Below are positions 33,837 to 47,700 of a stretch of DNA of 59,459 nucleotides, piece by piece. The translations under genes were made by a program, and so were the position numbers. The notes under the pieces are model-generated. The model had not been told where the DNA came from. It made no database searches and saw only the letters and a program-made list of their open reading frames with translations. Source of the DNA: Phoronis australis (taxonomy: Eukaryota; Animalia; Phoronida); assembly GCA_002633005.1 (NCBI GenBank), contig NMRA01000067.1, forward strand, positions 729,880-789,338. Reading direction: 5' to 3'. How positions within the stretch are numbered: the first letter of the stretch is position 1; every line of letters begins with the position of its first letter.

Positions 33837-35312
33837 TTCCGTCGGATAGATTGTGCATCTATTCCACAGGGGTTAAACTGAGGACATCTGACTTTCCCTC
33901 ATAATAAAAAATCTGGAAAACCTGGAAAGTTGCAAAAACTCTAAATTGGCGATAAAGCAAGAAAAACTGCGGACATTTCACAAGATACCATCTCATTTTG
34001 GAAGTCCCGGCACGAGTTGTATTATTCCACGGCTTAGCAACGTTCTTCAGCAACAGCGACTGTCTCCTTTTTGGACAAATACCTCTCGGAAATCGTATCC
34101 TGGCGAACCCATGAGAGGTGAAAACGGAACATGGGTGAGAAGCATAGTTACGTTATATGACTTGACTGCTAAAGGTGTCTAAAATGAAGAGGTCTCTAGT
34201 GAAGTAAGGGAATCGCATCGGAACTCTGTATTGACCCCCTTTTGCCATGTGCTAGTATAGCAATTCAAAGTGCAATAATACAAGTTCGCCCGCATTACAT
34301 TGACATGAAATAGTGACTAGTTCATTTGCATCTGAAGAAGCAATACAATACGAGTATTGACAGGTGCGTTTCGTTGTGGGTAATTACTGACCTAAGAGTG
34401 AACGCTGCTGTGATATTTCTGGGCGGGCCTTGGTCGTGGGGTATTCGGCACATAAATAATGCTTTTAAAGAAGTGTTATGAGGACCAGCAGGAATCTGAG
34501 ATATTGTTTTATAGAATTTATGTGAATACTGTGTTCTTGAAAACTATATTCCACGAACCAAGGCGAATAAGTTGACACGCGGTGACAAGTCAACTTGTAG
34601 TGCCTGATCTCGAGCAGTTTCGAATTATCAGTTGTTTTGAAGCCCAGCCTCCTGTTCGAAGACTGATCGCGAGATTACGTGAGATGTTGACGTATAGTTT
34701 AAGTGAGCTAACACTTGACTTTAGCTACACTTTAGCTAGGTGCTAGAGTAAGTCATAACGTTACTAAACGCACGCCTGAAATCAGGTCTAGTTGACTACA
34801 GTAAGAAGCAAATTAGGACCATACAGGCGTCCTAGTTCGGGCTGCGTGCAATGTTGCTAAAACAGAAATTCGGTTGCTTAGTGATGATCTATCTGCCACT
34901 GTTATGACAAGATTCGGGCCCACAAATAGGAATAGAAATGCACAGTCATAAAATTGTGCAGGTCTTGGATTTTTCCTATTCAGGTAATCACGTGGGCAAT
35001 TTAGTATTTTAAAGCGATAGGTAAATCTGGCCTACTTGTTATTGTTTTTAGTTTTAACATTTTAAGTTTTTGGACTGGGTGCAAAATGACGTCATAATAA
35101 ACAAGCGAATAGTCAGTTGGCTTTTTTATTTCTTCCATGTTTGATTCATCAAATGTTTTATAGAAAGTGGCTTGAACGTCAGAATTACGCCGTGGAGTAG
35201 TCATACTGAATTCGTGAATATATTTGTGTGGTTGAACGGAATGTATTGAGGTCATTGTGACCGCCTGATGCATGCGCGCTCCCGTGGGGATCCCCGTAAA
35301 TCTTAGTAAAAG

Positions 35313-36030
35313 CAGTGGCGGATGTAGGAGGGGGGGGCCAAGGGGGNNNNNNNNNNNNNNNNNNNNNNNNNNNNNNNNNNNNNNNNNNNNNNNNNNNNNN
35401 NNNNNNNNNNNNNNNNNNNNNNNNNNNNNNNNNNNNNNNNNNNNNNNNNNNNNNNNNNNNNNNNNNNNNNNNNNNNNNNNNNNNNNNNNNNNNNNNNNNN
35501 NNNNNNNNNNNNNNNNNNNNNNNNNNNNNNNNNNNNNNNNNNNNNNNNNNNNNNNNNNNNNNNNNNNNNNNNNNNNNNNNNNNNNNNNNNNNNNNNNNNN
35601 NNNNNNNNNNNNNNNNNNNNNNNNNNNNNNNNNNNNNNNNNNNNNNNNNNNNNNNNNNNNNNNNNNNNNNNNNNNNNNNNNNNNNNNNNNNNNNNNNNNN
35701 NNNNNNNNNNNNNNNNNNNNNNNNNNNNNNNNNNNNNNNNNNNNNNNNNNNNNNNNNNNNNNNNNNNNNNNNNNNNNNNNNNNNNNNNNNNNNNNNNNNN
35801 NNNNNNNNNNNNNNNNNNNNNNNNNNNNNNNNNNNNNNNNNNNNNNNNNNNNNNNNNNNNNNNNNNNNNNNNNNNNNNNNNNNNNNNNNNNNNNNNNNNN
35901 NNNNNNNNNNNNNNNNNNNNNNNNNNNNNNNNNNNNNNNNNNNNNNNNNNNNNNNNNNNNNNNNNNNNNNNNNNNNNNNNNNNNNNNNNNNNNNNNNNNN
36001 NNNNNNNNNNNNNNNNNNNNNNNNNNNNNN
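35313..36030. mobile_element. Left end of hAT-like MITE (CAGTGGCGGATGTAGGAGGGGGGG) running into gap 35347-36030
   Basis: Same terminal motif as the other family members; remainder is Ns. Confidence 0.6.
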
Positions 36031-38499
36031 CTCAACAAGCATGCAGTCGATGGTTTCCCCTAAAGCTTTGGATGTCCAGAGATATTAGGACAGTTTCACA
36101 AGTCTTTTTGACGAAGCGATGGTAAATAAAAAATGGACACACTATTGATGGAAACGGATAAAAACCCCGTGTTCAAGTGTAAATGGAAGCGCTTCTACCG
36201 ATCGAGACTTAATGTTATCACACTCATCTGATCTTGAATTTATTCCAAATGAGCCGGCACTCAGGTCACAGGCAATGCCGTGTAGATGTACCATTTGGCA
36301 TCATAGGGATGGTCAACAGCAATAAATTTCGAGACGTTTTTTTAAGAAACTGGTCTGATGGTTTCGAATTTCTTTGTGGTATAGAAAAGAGAATGCAATC
36401 AAGATGGCAAGGCAAATCTTGAGACCGATTTTGTGAAAGTAAAACGGCGGTTATTGTTAACTAGTCGAATAGTAACTTTATTTGTATTTTTATTTGTAAT
36501 GATGTTGTTTGCTTCAAACACGGCACGTGTGCATGAAAAGATACAAAAGCCGATTTCTTACTGAAATACTCCGTCTACCTGCCTTATCACTTAACAAGAG
36601 TGGTGTGTAGGATTAGCGATCTTATGGGCTTCCGTGTCTCATTTGATGCTAGTTTTGCCTCCTCGACTAGCCTGTGATTCTTGAGATGGGAAACTTCTAT
36701 CCTAAAACATTCGTCGAAAACCTCATCCCTTAGTTTTTGGCAAATCTAGAATGTCTTCGTGTCGCCGTTGTGAGTAGGTGGGGTGGGAATAATTCCGAAT
36801 GCATCAAAGACATTCTGTCGGCGTTTTATTTTTGGTTGTGCCCATTGGAGGGGGCCGGAGCCCTGCCCCCCCCCCCCCCTAATCCGTTTGGGAATAGGCC
36901 TATGACATTAATGCTTTATGTCATGTTGCCTGACTCAAGGATATTTGCGTTGCCAAAAATGATTGAATCATTTTCGCTCGCGATTGAACTACCGGCATAG
37001 TATATTGTCGTCGTCCGCCGTTTACCAAACCTATGGTGACAAAGTAAACGTCAAGTATCTCTGTGCCTCCGAAGCAGCTCTCACCGGATAGCAGGTACCC
37101 TTTAGACAAGTGTAAATTGTCAAAGACACATTTTAATTTGAATTTTTGTAATCTAGAGTGAAAGAGCATTCGGATTATGGTCTCCTTTCTTACAGTCGTG
37201 AATTTGTGATTTTAGATAAAAAATGGACAAAATCGCACTTTTTTGGTTATTTTTGGCATCTCAAAATTTTTCGGTGGACGCAGCAAAAGCGTAGTAAAAA
37301 GACAAGGCTTTGTAGAGTAGAATTTCTTATCTTTGAGACTAGAGGCTCAGTTGTGCCTTTCTTCGTGTCCCTCGAGACAGGCTGCAAACAACATTGACCC
37401 AGACCAGTGATAACGTCAAAGTCAGCCACTCGAACTGTGGTCTTAGTACTAGTACACTCTATTACATTCTATTTATAATGCCGGAGCATCCCAGTACTGT
37501 AGGGGACATAAGAAATGATAGCGTGACCGGTCAGTCCTTTCACGTTATGCTGTATTTCAAGGGTTACTTCCGCCAAAATGGTAGATCTGGAGTTAACTCC
37601 AATGCATGCACCACCCTTTGGAATCGGCTCCATATTCACATCGCCTAGAGCCTTTCATATTGATAACGAAAACAAGGTTGCTCTGATGGGCCGCGATTAT
37701 TATTTATTTCAATCATTGCATCTCTGAACAATCTTTGGATTTCCAAGGTATTTTAAACTCTTAGGCTTAGCTTAGGCTTTATAGACGACTCAAAATGCTA
37801 TTCATTTGGTCTCATTAATAACAAACCTAAAAAACCTATAACATTATTCTAAAAAAAGTTATGAAAAGTGCTAAGAGACTTTACTTTCACAATCAGTTTC
37901 GGGCCCATGTTAGTTCTCCCAAGGACACTTGGAAAGATTTTTTAATACGTTTATTTAAGGAAACATAAATTAATGCCAAAGAAAAGAAAATAAACAAACA
38001 AAAACATTCACTCTCGCATTCACACATTCCAGTTCTGCTTGAATTTATACTGAATGTATGACGGTTTCTAAAAATTCCAGCAAGTCGGGGTGATTCTCTT
38101 AATTTCACACTTTTCCATGTCTAGACAGTGTCAAAAATATTGGGTGAAATCTCTGACGTACAAGAATACATGAAGATTAGACCAAGTATTTATGAAGTAT
38201 TGAAGTTAATTTCATAACAATGATCTCCAAACTATGCCAATAACAGTACACGCGTTTCAGCCAGTAAAAGTTTAGGTCCAACAGCATTTGAAAGTCATGC
38301 TTGTAATTCATTCCAAGAGTAAGGTACATGCTCACGTTTCAAAAACAAGTGATTAAAAGTTTCAACGAGTCCACAAAATCACCATTGGTCGTTTTCGACT
38401 ATTTTCATTTTCTTTGAAATATATTTTGTATAAACTTTTTATGAATGTGATAATACGTAAAAGCATACGAATGAGGTTGGAGCAACATTTTAAAAGAAT

Positions 38500-38925
38500 T
38501 AAACGTAAATCTGTTTAATTTGCTGTTAAGCAAATAATTCTGGAAAGAAATTAATGACTTATGGAATAGAAATGTCTTATCAAATAATCCTACCAAAATT
38601 GAACATTAATGGTGAGATGGTTTGTGACGAGGGTGAGACTGTAAATCAGTTAAATAATTATTTCAGTAATATTGCCTCATACTCTCGACCTACTTCTGCG
38701 AATGTGTCACATTTGTCTTTTAGGTTACGAATCGGCTGCTAGATTTGACTTTGAACCAATTCCCCAATTGATATTAGAAAAGAAGTAAATTATTTTTCAG
38801 CTAAACCTACTTGTGGCCGGGATGGCATATCCATGAAAATGATGAAATGTCAGTAAGTAATTTATTGATTGAACCATTGTGTGTTGTGTTTAACTAGTCC
38901 ATTTCTAACCAAATTTTTCCAGTCA
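38500..38925 (+). mobile_element. CR1/L2-type LINE ORF2 relic
   Basis: Broken translation ...VNQLNNYFSNIAS...FDFEPI...TCGRDGISMKMMK...IEPLCVVFN*SISNQIFP, typical of the region upstream of the RT domain. Confidence 0.7.
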
Positions 38926-40689
38926 CCACACAAGGTCCGTTTCAGTCGCGATCCAAAAATCGCTGTAAGATGATATATACTGAACGGTGGTACACGAACC
39001 AATCTTTGTAATGTTTTTTCAACCTTTACAGCTACAGCGAAACTATCAACTATTTAAACTATCAACTATTTGGTTCTGAGTTTCACTACGTCCTAGATTG
39101 TACCATTCTAGCTGTTTTGAAATGGCGATAGCCTCGAACTGCTACATAATCGAAGAGAATATTTTCATTGGAAATTCCGACGTCTGCACAATAAATGCTG
39201 ACGGAAGTGTTGACAGTATGGTCAACAGTTTCCATCTTTATCACATGATAATCAAGGCGGTACGCAATCATCAAGTCTAATTTATGATGTTACACATGGT
39301 TACGTAATCACATGTGACTCACTGCCTCGTCGTGACTTCTCGTCTGGTTTCTGATGTGATGTGTTCCTCCAGTAGACGATGTTTACTAAAATGCGAAAGT
39401 CAGAGAACGCACACCTATAATATTTCAAATATTTACGGATAATGGGGATGGTGCAAACATGAGTATTTGTGTGTTGATACATTTTCAAATCATTTTGTAC
39501 GTGTTAACTGTAATGTCTTCAGCAACAGTTCTAAAATTTGAACTAACTGCAGTCACCATGTTTTAGAGCCTGGGTCAAAAGCATGTACACATCCTGACAA
39601 CACGAATGGTTTGGAATGATTTCTCCAGCATATTGTGTACATAAAATTGAATTTTCAATTTCCGAGAACAAATTTAGCGTTATCAGCACAAGAAACTAAA
39701 TGATCTTCTCTAGCTGACAGTCTCGCAATCTGACCATTGCTTTTCCCCCTATTTTCCCCGCAATTCGTCACTAATTTGTGCAATAGTTCAGTGTTTTTAC
39801 TTTATAAAGCAAAATGTGAAAACGATCTCTGTTCAGTGCTGGTAGTTGATCTATAACATTTAGCGCAGGAATATTGTGAATGGGTATTAGGGTCATCAGA
39901 GCGACCATCCATAATGAAAAGCAATAGGGTCAATGTTTTTACACCATAAAAAACCGTTTTTGCTTACCAAGCCGGATACGGCATAGGTAAGAACTGCTTT
40001 GTTTGTAAAAATCATTGCCATGCAGTCAGTCATTTTATGAATAATTATGAAAAACATGACATCGTCATATTTCGGAAATGTAATATTTGGCAAGTAAAAT
40101 GTAAAGCATAAATTGGGCAAAATTTGTAATGAGTGTTATCAGTAAACACACAATTCAATAATAAGTGTAAACTGGAGTAAATTTAAAGCCTATTAAACGT
40201 AATTCTGTTATTTTAGATGTGAGATTACGCAAGATATTGCCATTTATAACACATGATGTTGGCTAGATTTTTCTAGCCGCGAGACAGCTACTGAGCACTA
40301 CCCAGGTTGGGCCGAAATTTACTTCGTCATCATCCGGGAACCGTTTCACATGGTCACTATATTTGTGGCCTTTAAAACCCGTTTAATCGGATATTTACTG
40401 CGGTAGCTGTTAATGCGGTTCATTACTTAAACTTACATAATGTAAGTCCATTGGCTTGCATAACGTGATTCCATAGTCCAGTGGGAACATTGACAATTTA
40501 CTAGGGTTGCTAACTGTCTAATTATCTAAGGTATGTTACGCTGGCTCTTTACTCCGGTGTGGCCAGTGCGAGGAAACCAACTAGTCTTAAAGCCCGGCAA
40601 AGTTGCAAAGCGACTTGTGGCTGTGGTCAGCGATCAAGTAACGTCTAACTGAACTAAAATGTCACTGTTCTGGCTATTCTCAGTGACTA

Positions 40690-41060
40690 GGACTCGAGAT
40701 CTTATCTTTTTACTCGAAATCGAAAATATTTTTGTCACTTAACCCATCTCCTTCAATATGATCGTAAGATAATTTATTGTTCTGCGTTATCGAGGATATT
40801 ATGGATTAGGCAAGCCGCTACGTAGTCCAAATTTGCACTCGATGACTCTACGTAGATTCGAGCTACAAACTCTAGTAAAAACTCTAGTTTTCCAATTCAC
40901 ACTTGAAAGTACACCTTTGATGCAGGGGTCACCAAGTGCAAAAAAGGATTACACAGTCATCCATGTAAAACATAATATACTCAAGCACATGATAATAAAC
41001 ATTTATCTTGAGTTTATACCAAAGTACAACGGAAAATGTTAAAAATAATTTTGAGTTCGA
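40690..41060 (-). repeat. Diverged dispersed repeat, inverted relative to 42815-43735
   Basis: Reverse complement (gtgcttgagtatattatgttttacatggatgactgtgtaatccttttttgcacttggtgacccctgcatcaaa) aligns with 42911-42985. Confidence 0.65.
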
Positions 41061-41439
41061 TCAAACTGAGTAGGGGCCCAAGATGCAATCAGTGTGTTCT
41101 ACGCACAAAGATATCGTTTGCGTCAACAAGGTATCAAAATCAGTTGTCGTAACTCACCTTTAGCGTAACTCACGCTAGCCCGTTTAAGTGACTTTGCAAA
41201 ATGAGGAATTCTTGCTACAACCATTTTTAAGATTGACGAGGGTTACATAGCATTATTTTGTTCTAGAGAGCTCAACTATATGTGAAAGTCGTTGTTTTAA
41301 CGGCCAAAACCAAATTCGGTATTATTTTAACCGAGGACTCTCGCAGTGACGGTTACTTGTAAAACCAGCTACTAAGCCTAGTCATACTTAATTAACATTT
41401 GGGAATTTATGACCGAGTGGTGATAGTAACAAGTTGGAA

Positions 41440-42310
41440 CATAGGCGGATTTAGGGGGGGGCCCAGGGGGCCCGGGCCCCCCCCCCCCCTTGGCTGCCGC
41501 AAAAAAAAATAAAACAGTAAGAGCGTAGGGAAATGGTGAGTTTATTAATTAACCCCGGTAATTAAAATTATACGGATGAAAAAAGATTTAAATGTGTGCA
41601 GTTTTAGTGTTGGGGGGGGCTCAAATCCAATTTCAAGTGTCAAATTCGGAACACGGCGCGTTCGTAACGGAACTANNNNNNNNNNNNNNNNNNNNNNNNN
41701 NNNNNNNNNNNNNNNNNNNNNNNNNNNNNNNNNNNNNNNNNNNNNNNNNNNNNNNNNNNNNNNNNNNNNNNNNNNNNNNNNNNNNNNNNNNNNNNNNNNN
41801 NNNNNNNNNNNNNNNNNNNNNNNNNNNNNNNNNNNNNNNNNNNNNNNNNNNNNNNNNNNNNNNNNNNNNNNNNNNNNNNNNNNNNNNNNNNNNNNNNNNN
41901 NNNNNNNNNNNNNNNNNNNNNNNNNNNNNNNNNNNNNNNNNNNNNNNNNNNNNNNNNNNNNNNNNNNNNNNNNNNNNNNNNNNNNNNNNNNNNNNNNNNN
42001 NNNNNNNNNNNNNNNNNNNNNNNNNNNNNNNNNNNNNNNNNNNNNNNNNNNNNNNNNNNNNNNNNNNNNNNNNNNNNNNNNNNNNNNNNNNNNNNNNNNN
42101 NNNNNNNNNNNNNNNNNNNNNNNNNNNNNNNNNNNNNNNNNNNNNNNNNNNNNNNNNNNNNNNNNNNNNNNNNNNNNNNNNNNNNNNNNNNNNNNNACCT
42201 CCCCCCATTCGGTGCTATGCACATCTACAATCGTGGTTCAGTTTGCGCAAATGCTTCCAGCCGGACAAAATGTTGGGCCCCCCCCTTGTGATATCCTAGA
42301 TCCGCCACTG
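41440..42310. mobile_element. hAT-like MITE spanning gap 41676-42196, 5-bp TSD TGGAA
   Basis: tggaa|CATAGGCGGATTTAGGGGGGG ... CTAGATCCGCCACTG|tggaa. Confidence 0.75.
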
Positions 42311-43009
42311 TGGAAATAAATTTGTTGACATCAAAGGTTACAGGCTTTAATACCTTCTGAGACACGCGGCAAAAAACTTGGCATCGTCAAAGTGTTTTGA
42401 CGGAACTGCACGGCAGCTGCAAACTGTCACACGAAGGCTACTTTGCGCGATACGATATCATCGGCACGCACACGTGGGCGCTTTTACAGGGGAAAAGCAG
42501 TAAGTGCTTATGCAGGGCGTGTTATAACGTTCACGAGCATCGGCTAGTAATTAAGACTAATTACGACACTATGATGTATCGCACCTGCGCATCAACAGGT
42601 CTTGGTGCATTTCACCCGAAAACGCCCATCGCACATTTGTCCAGACACTTTGATAGTAATAAATGGACAAGTAGCATCTCATCTAAACAAAAAATGGCCG
42701 ACAGGGGTTCCAGATTTTCAGAGCCAGTTTGATGCCCGTTATTCAGTAGGAAAAAGTAAACATGTAGAGCCTGTTCTCTGACGAGCAACACCGAACCACT
42801 GATTCGGTGTCTTAATCTTTTTGTACTCGAAATCGGAACTACTTTTTACATTTCCCATTCCTATTTTACATTATTCCTATTTTATATAAACCCAAAGTAA
42901 TTGTAATTTTGTGCTCAAGCATATTATAGTTTACATAGACTATTGTATAACCCCGTTTTGCACTTGATAACCCCAGCATTAAAACTATAAATTCGAGTCC
43001 GAACTAGAA

Positions 43010-43125
43010 ATCTATAGTTTTTACTAGATATCTCATGTTTTTACTCGAAATCTACAGAGTTTACTCCAAATCTAGAGTTTTTACTCGAAATCTAAAGTTT
43101 TCACACGAAATATAGTTTTACTCGA
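43010..43125. repeat. Degenerate ~20-bp tandem repeat (tttactcgaaatctagagtt)
   Basis: About 6 imperfect copies. Confidence 0.7.
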
Positions 43126-43184
43126 GGTTGAAGCTCAAGTCTCGGGGACATCAAAAACGAAATTGGACTAGACACTCATCTAGG

Positions 43185-43715
43185 TATACCATAACGTACT
43201 CTAGCACAAAATGGTAGGCAATTATCTTGATATCGGTTATACCATAACGTACTCTAGCACAAAATGGTAGGCAATTATCTTGATATCGGTTATACCATAA
43301 CGTACTCTAGCACAAAATGGCAGGCAATTATCTTGATATCGGTTATATCATAACGTACTCTAGCACAAAATGGCAGGCAATTATCTTGATATCGGTTATA
43401 TCATAACGTACTCTAGCACAAAATGGCAGGCAATTATCTTGATATCGGTTATACCATAACGTACTCTAGCACAAAATGGTAGGCAATTATCTTGATATCG
43501 GTTATACCATAACGTACTCTAGCACAAAATGGCAGGCAATTATCTTGATATCGGTTATATCATAACGTACTCTAGCACAAAATGGCAGGCAATTATCTTG
43601 ATATCGGTTATATCATAACGTACTCTAGCACAAAATGGCAGGCAATTATCTTGATATCGGTTATACCATAACGTACTCTAGCACAAAATGGCAGGCAATT
43701 ATCTTGATATCGGTT
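43185..43715. repeat. 53-bp minisatellite, 10 copies
   Basis: Unit ggttata(c/t)cataacgtactctagcacaaaatgg(t/c)aggcaattatcttgatatc; no spacers. Confidence 0.97.
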
Positions 43716-44513
43716 TCGAGTAAAAAGACCTGGTTCTGGCACAGTTCTTTCCAAGCCTTGAAATCGTATTCTATTTGAGTAAGAAACAGTTTACGACTAA
43801 TTTCTTTACCGTAAGCGGTCTAGATTAAAAGTTGTTTTTCTAATGGGTGGAAGTTTTGCTTTTAAGCAAAAAGCAACTGATGACAAGAACTTTTGTCGTA
43901 AAAAGCTGAATCTGTTAGTACTGTGCAGGCATGAGCCAAATTAGATGAAAATCCGGTGAAATCAGTGACAATGAAGACAAAATATTGACAAGGTATAATG
44001 GATCGACAAATAAGCCTGCAAAGCAAAACAGCTCCTCAGGACGGACCTATGACAAAAACACTGTTTTGTAACATGGTATTTGTATTTCTTTGAGAAGATA
44101 ACAAAGTTTTGCACATACGTTGAAATATGCAAGTTTACAACAAAATAATTTACAACAGGTAAAATACGTGTGTAATCTTGCTTAACAAACAATAAGCCAG
44201 TTTATATTTTTTCCAAGACAAAGTACAATTTATCTCTTATGCGATCATGGCAAAGGCCCGTAAGAGTACAAGAGCTACTGGGGAGTAACAGACCTATTCA
44301 ATTTTGCTCACATTCACTATTTCCTTCTGTTGCCATAGGAGACCTTTATCTGGGGTGAATGTACCCCCCTCCCCCACTTCCCACAGCCTTGAAACGGGAT
44401 ACACTTTGACAGGAAAACATTCTTCAAAATCAAATAACTAAATTCTACAGACGATAGCGACACGACTAGACGAAACTAAGAACGACAGGCAAGCTGCAGC
44501 ATAGCGCCTACAT

Positions 44514-44717
44514 TTACAATATGTACACAATGGTGCACAGCGAGATCACGCTGGCCAGCATTCCGGGCAGGCGGCTAGACTCGGCGCCATTACACAAATC
44601 GGTGCTGCAACACCGGGTTTCCGACTTTACGCCTGCCAAGTCAAACGAGTTTTCTTTGCAAACTGAGGAGCAAGATCTGCTGACGGTGACGACTCCAATG
44701 GCCTCGTTTCTATCTTT
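44514..44717 (-). CDS. Ly6 gene exon 3 (KDRNEAIGVVTVSRSCSSVC...RCCSTDLCNGAESSRLPGMLASVISLCTIVYIL*)
   Basis: ttatttacag| acceptor, phase 0, TAA stop. Confidence 0.9.
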   Translation of the reverse strand, partial: KDRNEAIGVVTVSRSCSSVCKENSFDLAGVKSETRCCSTDLCNGAESSRLPGMLASVISLCTIVYIL

Positions 44718-47700
44718 CTGTAAATAAAGCAACAAACTAGGGCGAATTAGAAACCTTTTGACGCACTACCAAAATGTCCCACAAGAAAATTTAGTAGGAA
44801 GGTGATATCAGCTCACGGAAAATCATGGGTTAACTCTTAAAATAACTCTTAAGTTAGACTGGCAGAGGAGACTAACAACTCGTGAAACCTAAGCATGTTA
44901 CAACGATACGGCTGCATTTGGCTAACATTTCACACAAAAATCACAGACACAGCGAAATTGATGAATGTAGTGCTCAACTTTGTTGTAGCTTCAATTGCCT
45001 CACCACCCCATTTGCATACATGTTGAAAGTATATTCTTCACGAATGTTGTGGTATAGATTTTGTTCTTTCGTGTTGTTGGTTGTTACAGATTACATTTAG
45101 AAGTTTCCATCAGTGACATACCTGGCAAACTTCACCCGAGCCACACATGTTGTTGGTGATGTTGGCAGTCTTATCAAAAGGGTCGCTGCAGGTTTGGCTT
45201 CCAATGCCACCTACTGAAGAGCACACGTAGCATTTGAGGGCGAAACTGGATCCTGAAATAATAACATAATAGATTGTACGAAACATTATATCTAATAAAT
45301 AACCCATCCGATATTTTTAAGAACTGCAAGAGAATAAGACTGAGGAAAATGTAAATATTTTATGGACAGCAGAATAAACAAGCACACTGGACCTAACTAT
45401 TCGTCCCTAGGAGACCGAGTGATCAGACGTCCTCGGGAGAAGGGCGCCAGCTCGCCACTTGTGCCAGATAGTTCCAGCCAAGAGTACAATCCTATGGACA
45501 GACTCGGCAGTGGTCGGGTCACGAATTTCTGATGTGTTCCTGATGTGAAGATAGCCGAAGTTGAAAATTTTCTGTTCTCAAAATTTTGTGGGGAAGTGGG
45601 AGCGTGTTTTAAACGAATAATTGAAGTTATAGACGCAAGTTGACTTAACAGATGTTCCTGTCAACTGCAGGCAACTGGATGTCCCAAACATGTGCGAACC
45701 TGAGAGAAAGGGACATTGATGTGTACGCTAAATGTAGCCTGTAGTCAGATTTGGTGGACAGAAATTTAATTCCTACACAGTGGTTCATAAAAAAGCAGAG
45801 AAATAAATTCCACTGTCAGTCCCACCGACTGTTTGATTAGTTTAAGTTCACAAACTTATTTTAGCTTTTTGCCACCGGCTGGAATCGAAAATATCCCGCT
45901 TTATCAGCAGCAGCCATTGGCTTTATCGCGATTCGCGGATACATCTTTGCAGTAGGACAGGAGTCCTTGCTCATCAATTGACATTTCATAAGGTTTGCCT
46001 TTTTTCGTAAAGCATTAGTACATCCCTCCGCACTGGTGCACAGCAGTGGAAATTTGCCGGTATTACTAGCAGGAAAAGTGTTAAAACGCTGTTTCTGTCA
46101 GTAATTTTGACCTTACGCCAGAAAATGAGTGACAGGTGTGATTGACCAATCAGAATGCTGCATTCTGGACACTCCTCCAGATTGCAGTTCCAGTCGCCAT
46201 CTTGTCCGACAAATAATTAGCGGCTGTAGGACAAAACACGTTCAACTACAGCGTGCATTTTAAATGGCCAAGAGGTGTTGTTGTGGTGTGTGTTATTCAG
46301 ACAGTCGATATACCGACAGAGATGAAAGTCCTGTCAATTTTTGGCCTTTACCAAAGCCAGAAAGTAAGGTTCTAATGAGCACACGGTGGATTAATTAAAT
46401 TGTGTGTACTCCCACACGAGCAGTCTAAGCTGTCAGCATTGCTTGACCACTTGAAAACTAAACATAAGTATGCACTCTTTTTAATATTTCTTCCCAATAT
46501 CGGAATTTTGGCTCTGGATTACAGTCTTTGTTAAGTGTGTGACCCGCCGTCTCTGGGATCTGGTTTATTAAGTTAAGACAAATCTTCATAAGTAAAAAAT
46601 GAACTTTAGTCAGTTTCTTGGAACGGGCCCCTGCCAGTTCAGCTCAGTTAATTAAAATGACCTCAAACTAGAACACAGTTGCATAATTGCCTAGCGATGG
46701 ACAGCTTTCTGCATTTGCTTGGAAAATAGATTCAAGCGCCATGCAGCCAAGCCATTCTCCTATGGTTCGTCATCTGGTTCTTGCTTAATCAGTGAAAGGT
46801 GAGGGTAACCGGTGTATTTATAGCCGTGTTTGCAATGAGTATTTATGGAGAGCACGGCTATGAATCACTCAATCAACCCAACGCACCCAAAGGAAGACAA
46901 GATTTCGGAAAGCCGAATATTCTGGGAGGTGCGGATGAACTTGGAGAAGTGAATACTCTGTGATCGTGTTCACATCCGGATTTCACGGTGGCGGGGTAGC
47001 CCATCCCTTCCTAAGTGCTACGAGGAGTAAACAGTACGAGCTGGTATTCAGACATTCTCATTGGTAGATTGAGAAATGACTTCGTGACTTTCGTGTCCTG
47101 CATTCCACGCAATTTAAGTTCGTGTTTCATGACTCGCTCAATATCATTTCTTTGCATCGTAAGCATGGCCTACACATACATAAATTCAAACGAACCGTCG
47201 TATATTCAGAGTATTTACACAGACAGCAGTTCTTCTAAAGCCCTAAAGCCCTAGCCTTCTGGATATACAATACAAGGCGTTATTTTTCAGTAGGAATAAC
47301 CTATCAAGAGCAGTGGGGGATTAGGAAGGGGGAGCAAGGGGGGCATGCCCCCCCCTAAAATTCTTCCAGACTCCATTTGGCAGTTCGGGGGTGCGAATGT
47401 CTGACGGGCAAAATCCTGGCTAATACTCCACCTTTCAGTCTTTGAAAGTACGCCCCTCGCTTAAATACCACAGCATTGGTTTTCTCCAAATAACTAACAA
47501 GTCCCAATCTCGACAAAACTTTTCGAGGACATTGAGCTTCATCTGTAGCCCATCAACAATATTCGACACCAGCACTAAATCATCGGCAAAAACAGAGAAC
47601 CTATATCACAATCCGGGGAGACGCGTACACCTCTGCCTACATTTTCTCTAATATCAGACACTAATGTGCTAATAAACACTGAGAACAGCCAGGGACTTCA

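Noticed and set aside
23916-42319. Long ORFs full of X at 23916-24541, 35001-36088 and 41545-42319
   Set aside because: Artefacts of translating N gaps
43185-43715. 53-bp array as CRISPR
   Set aside because: No unique spacers; an ordinary minisatellite
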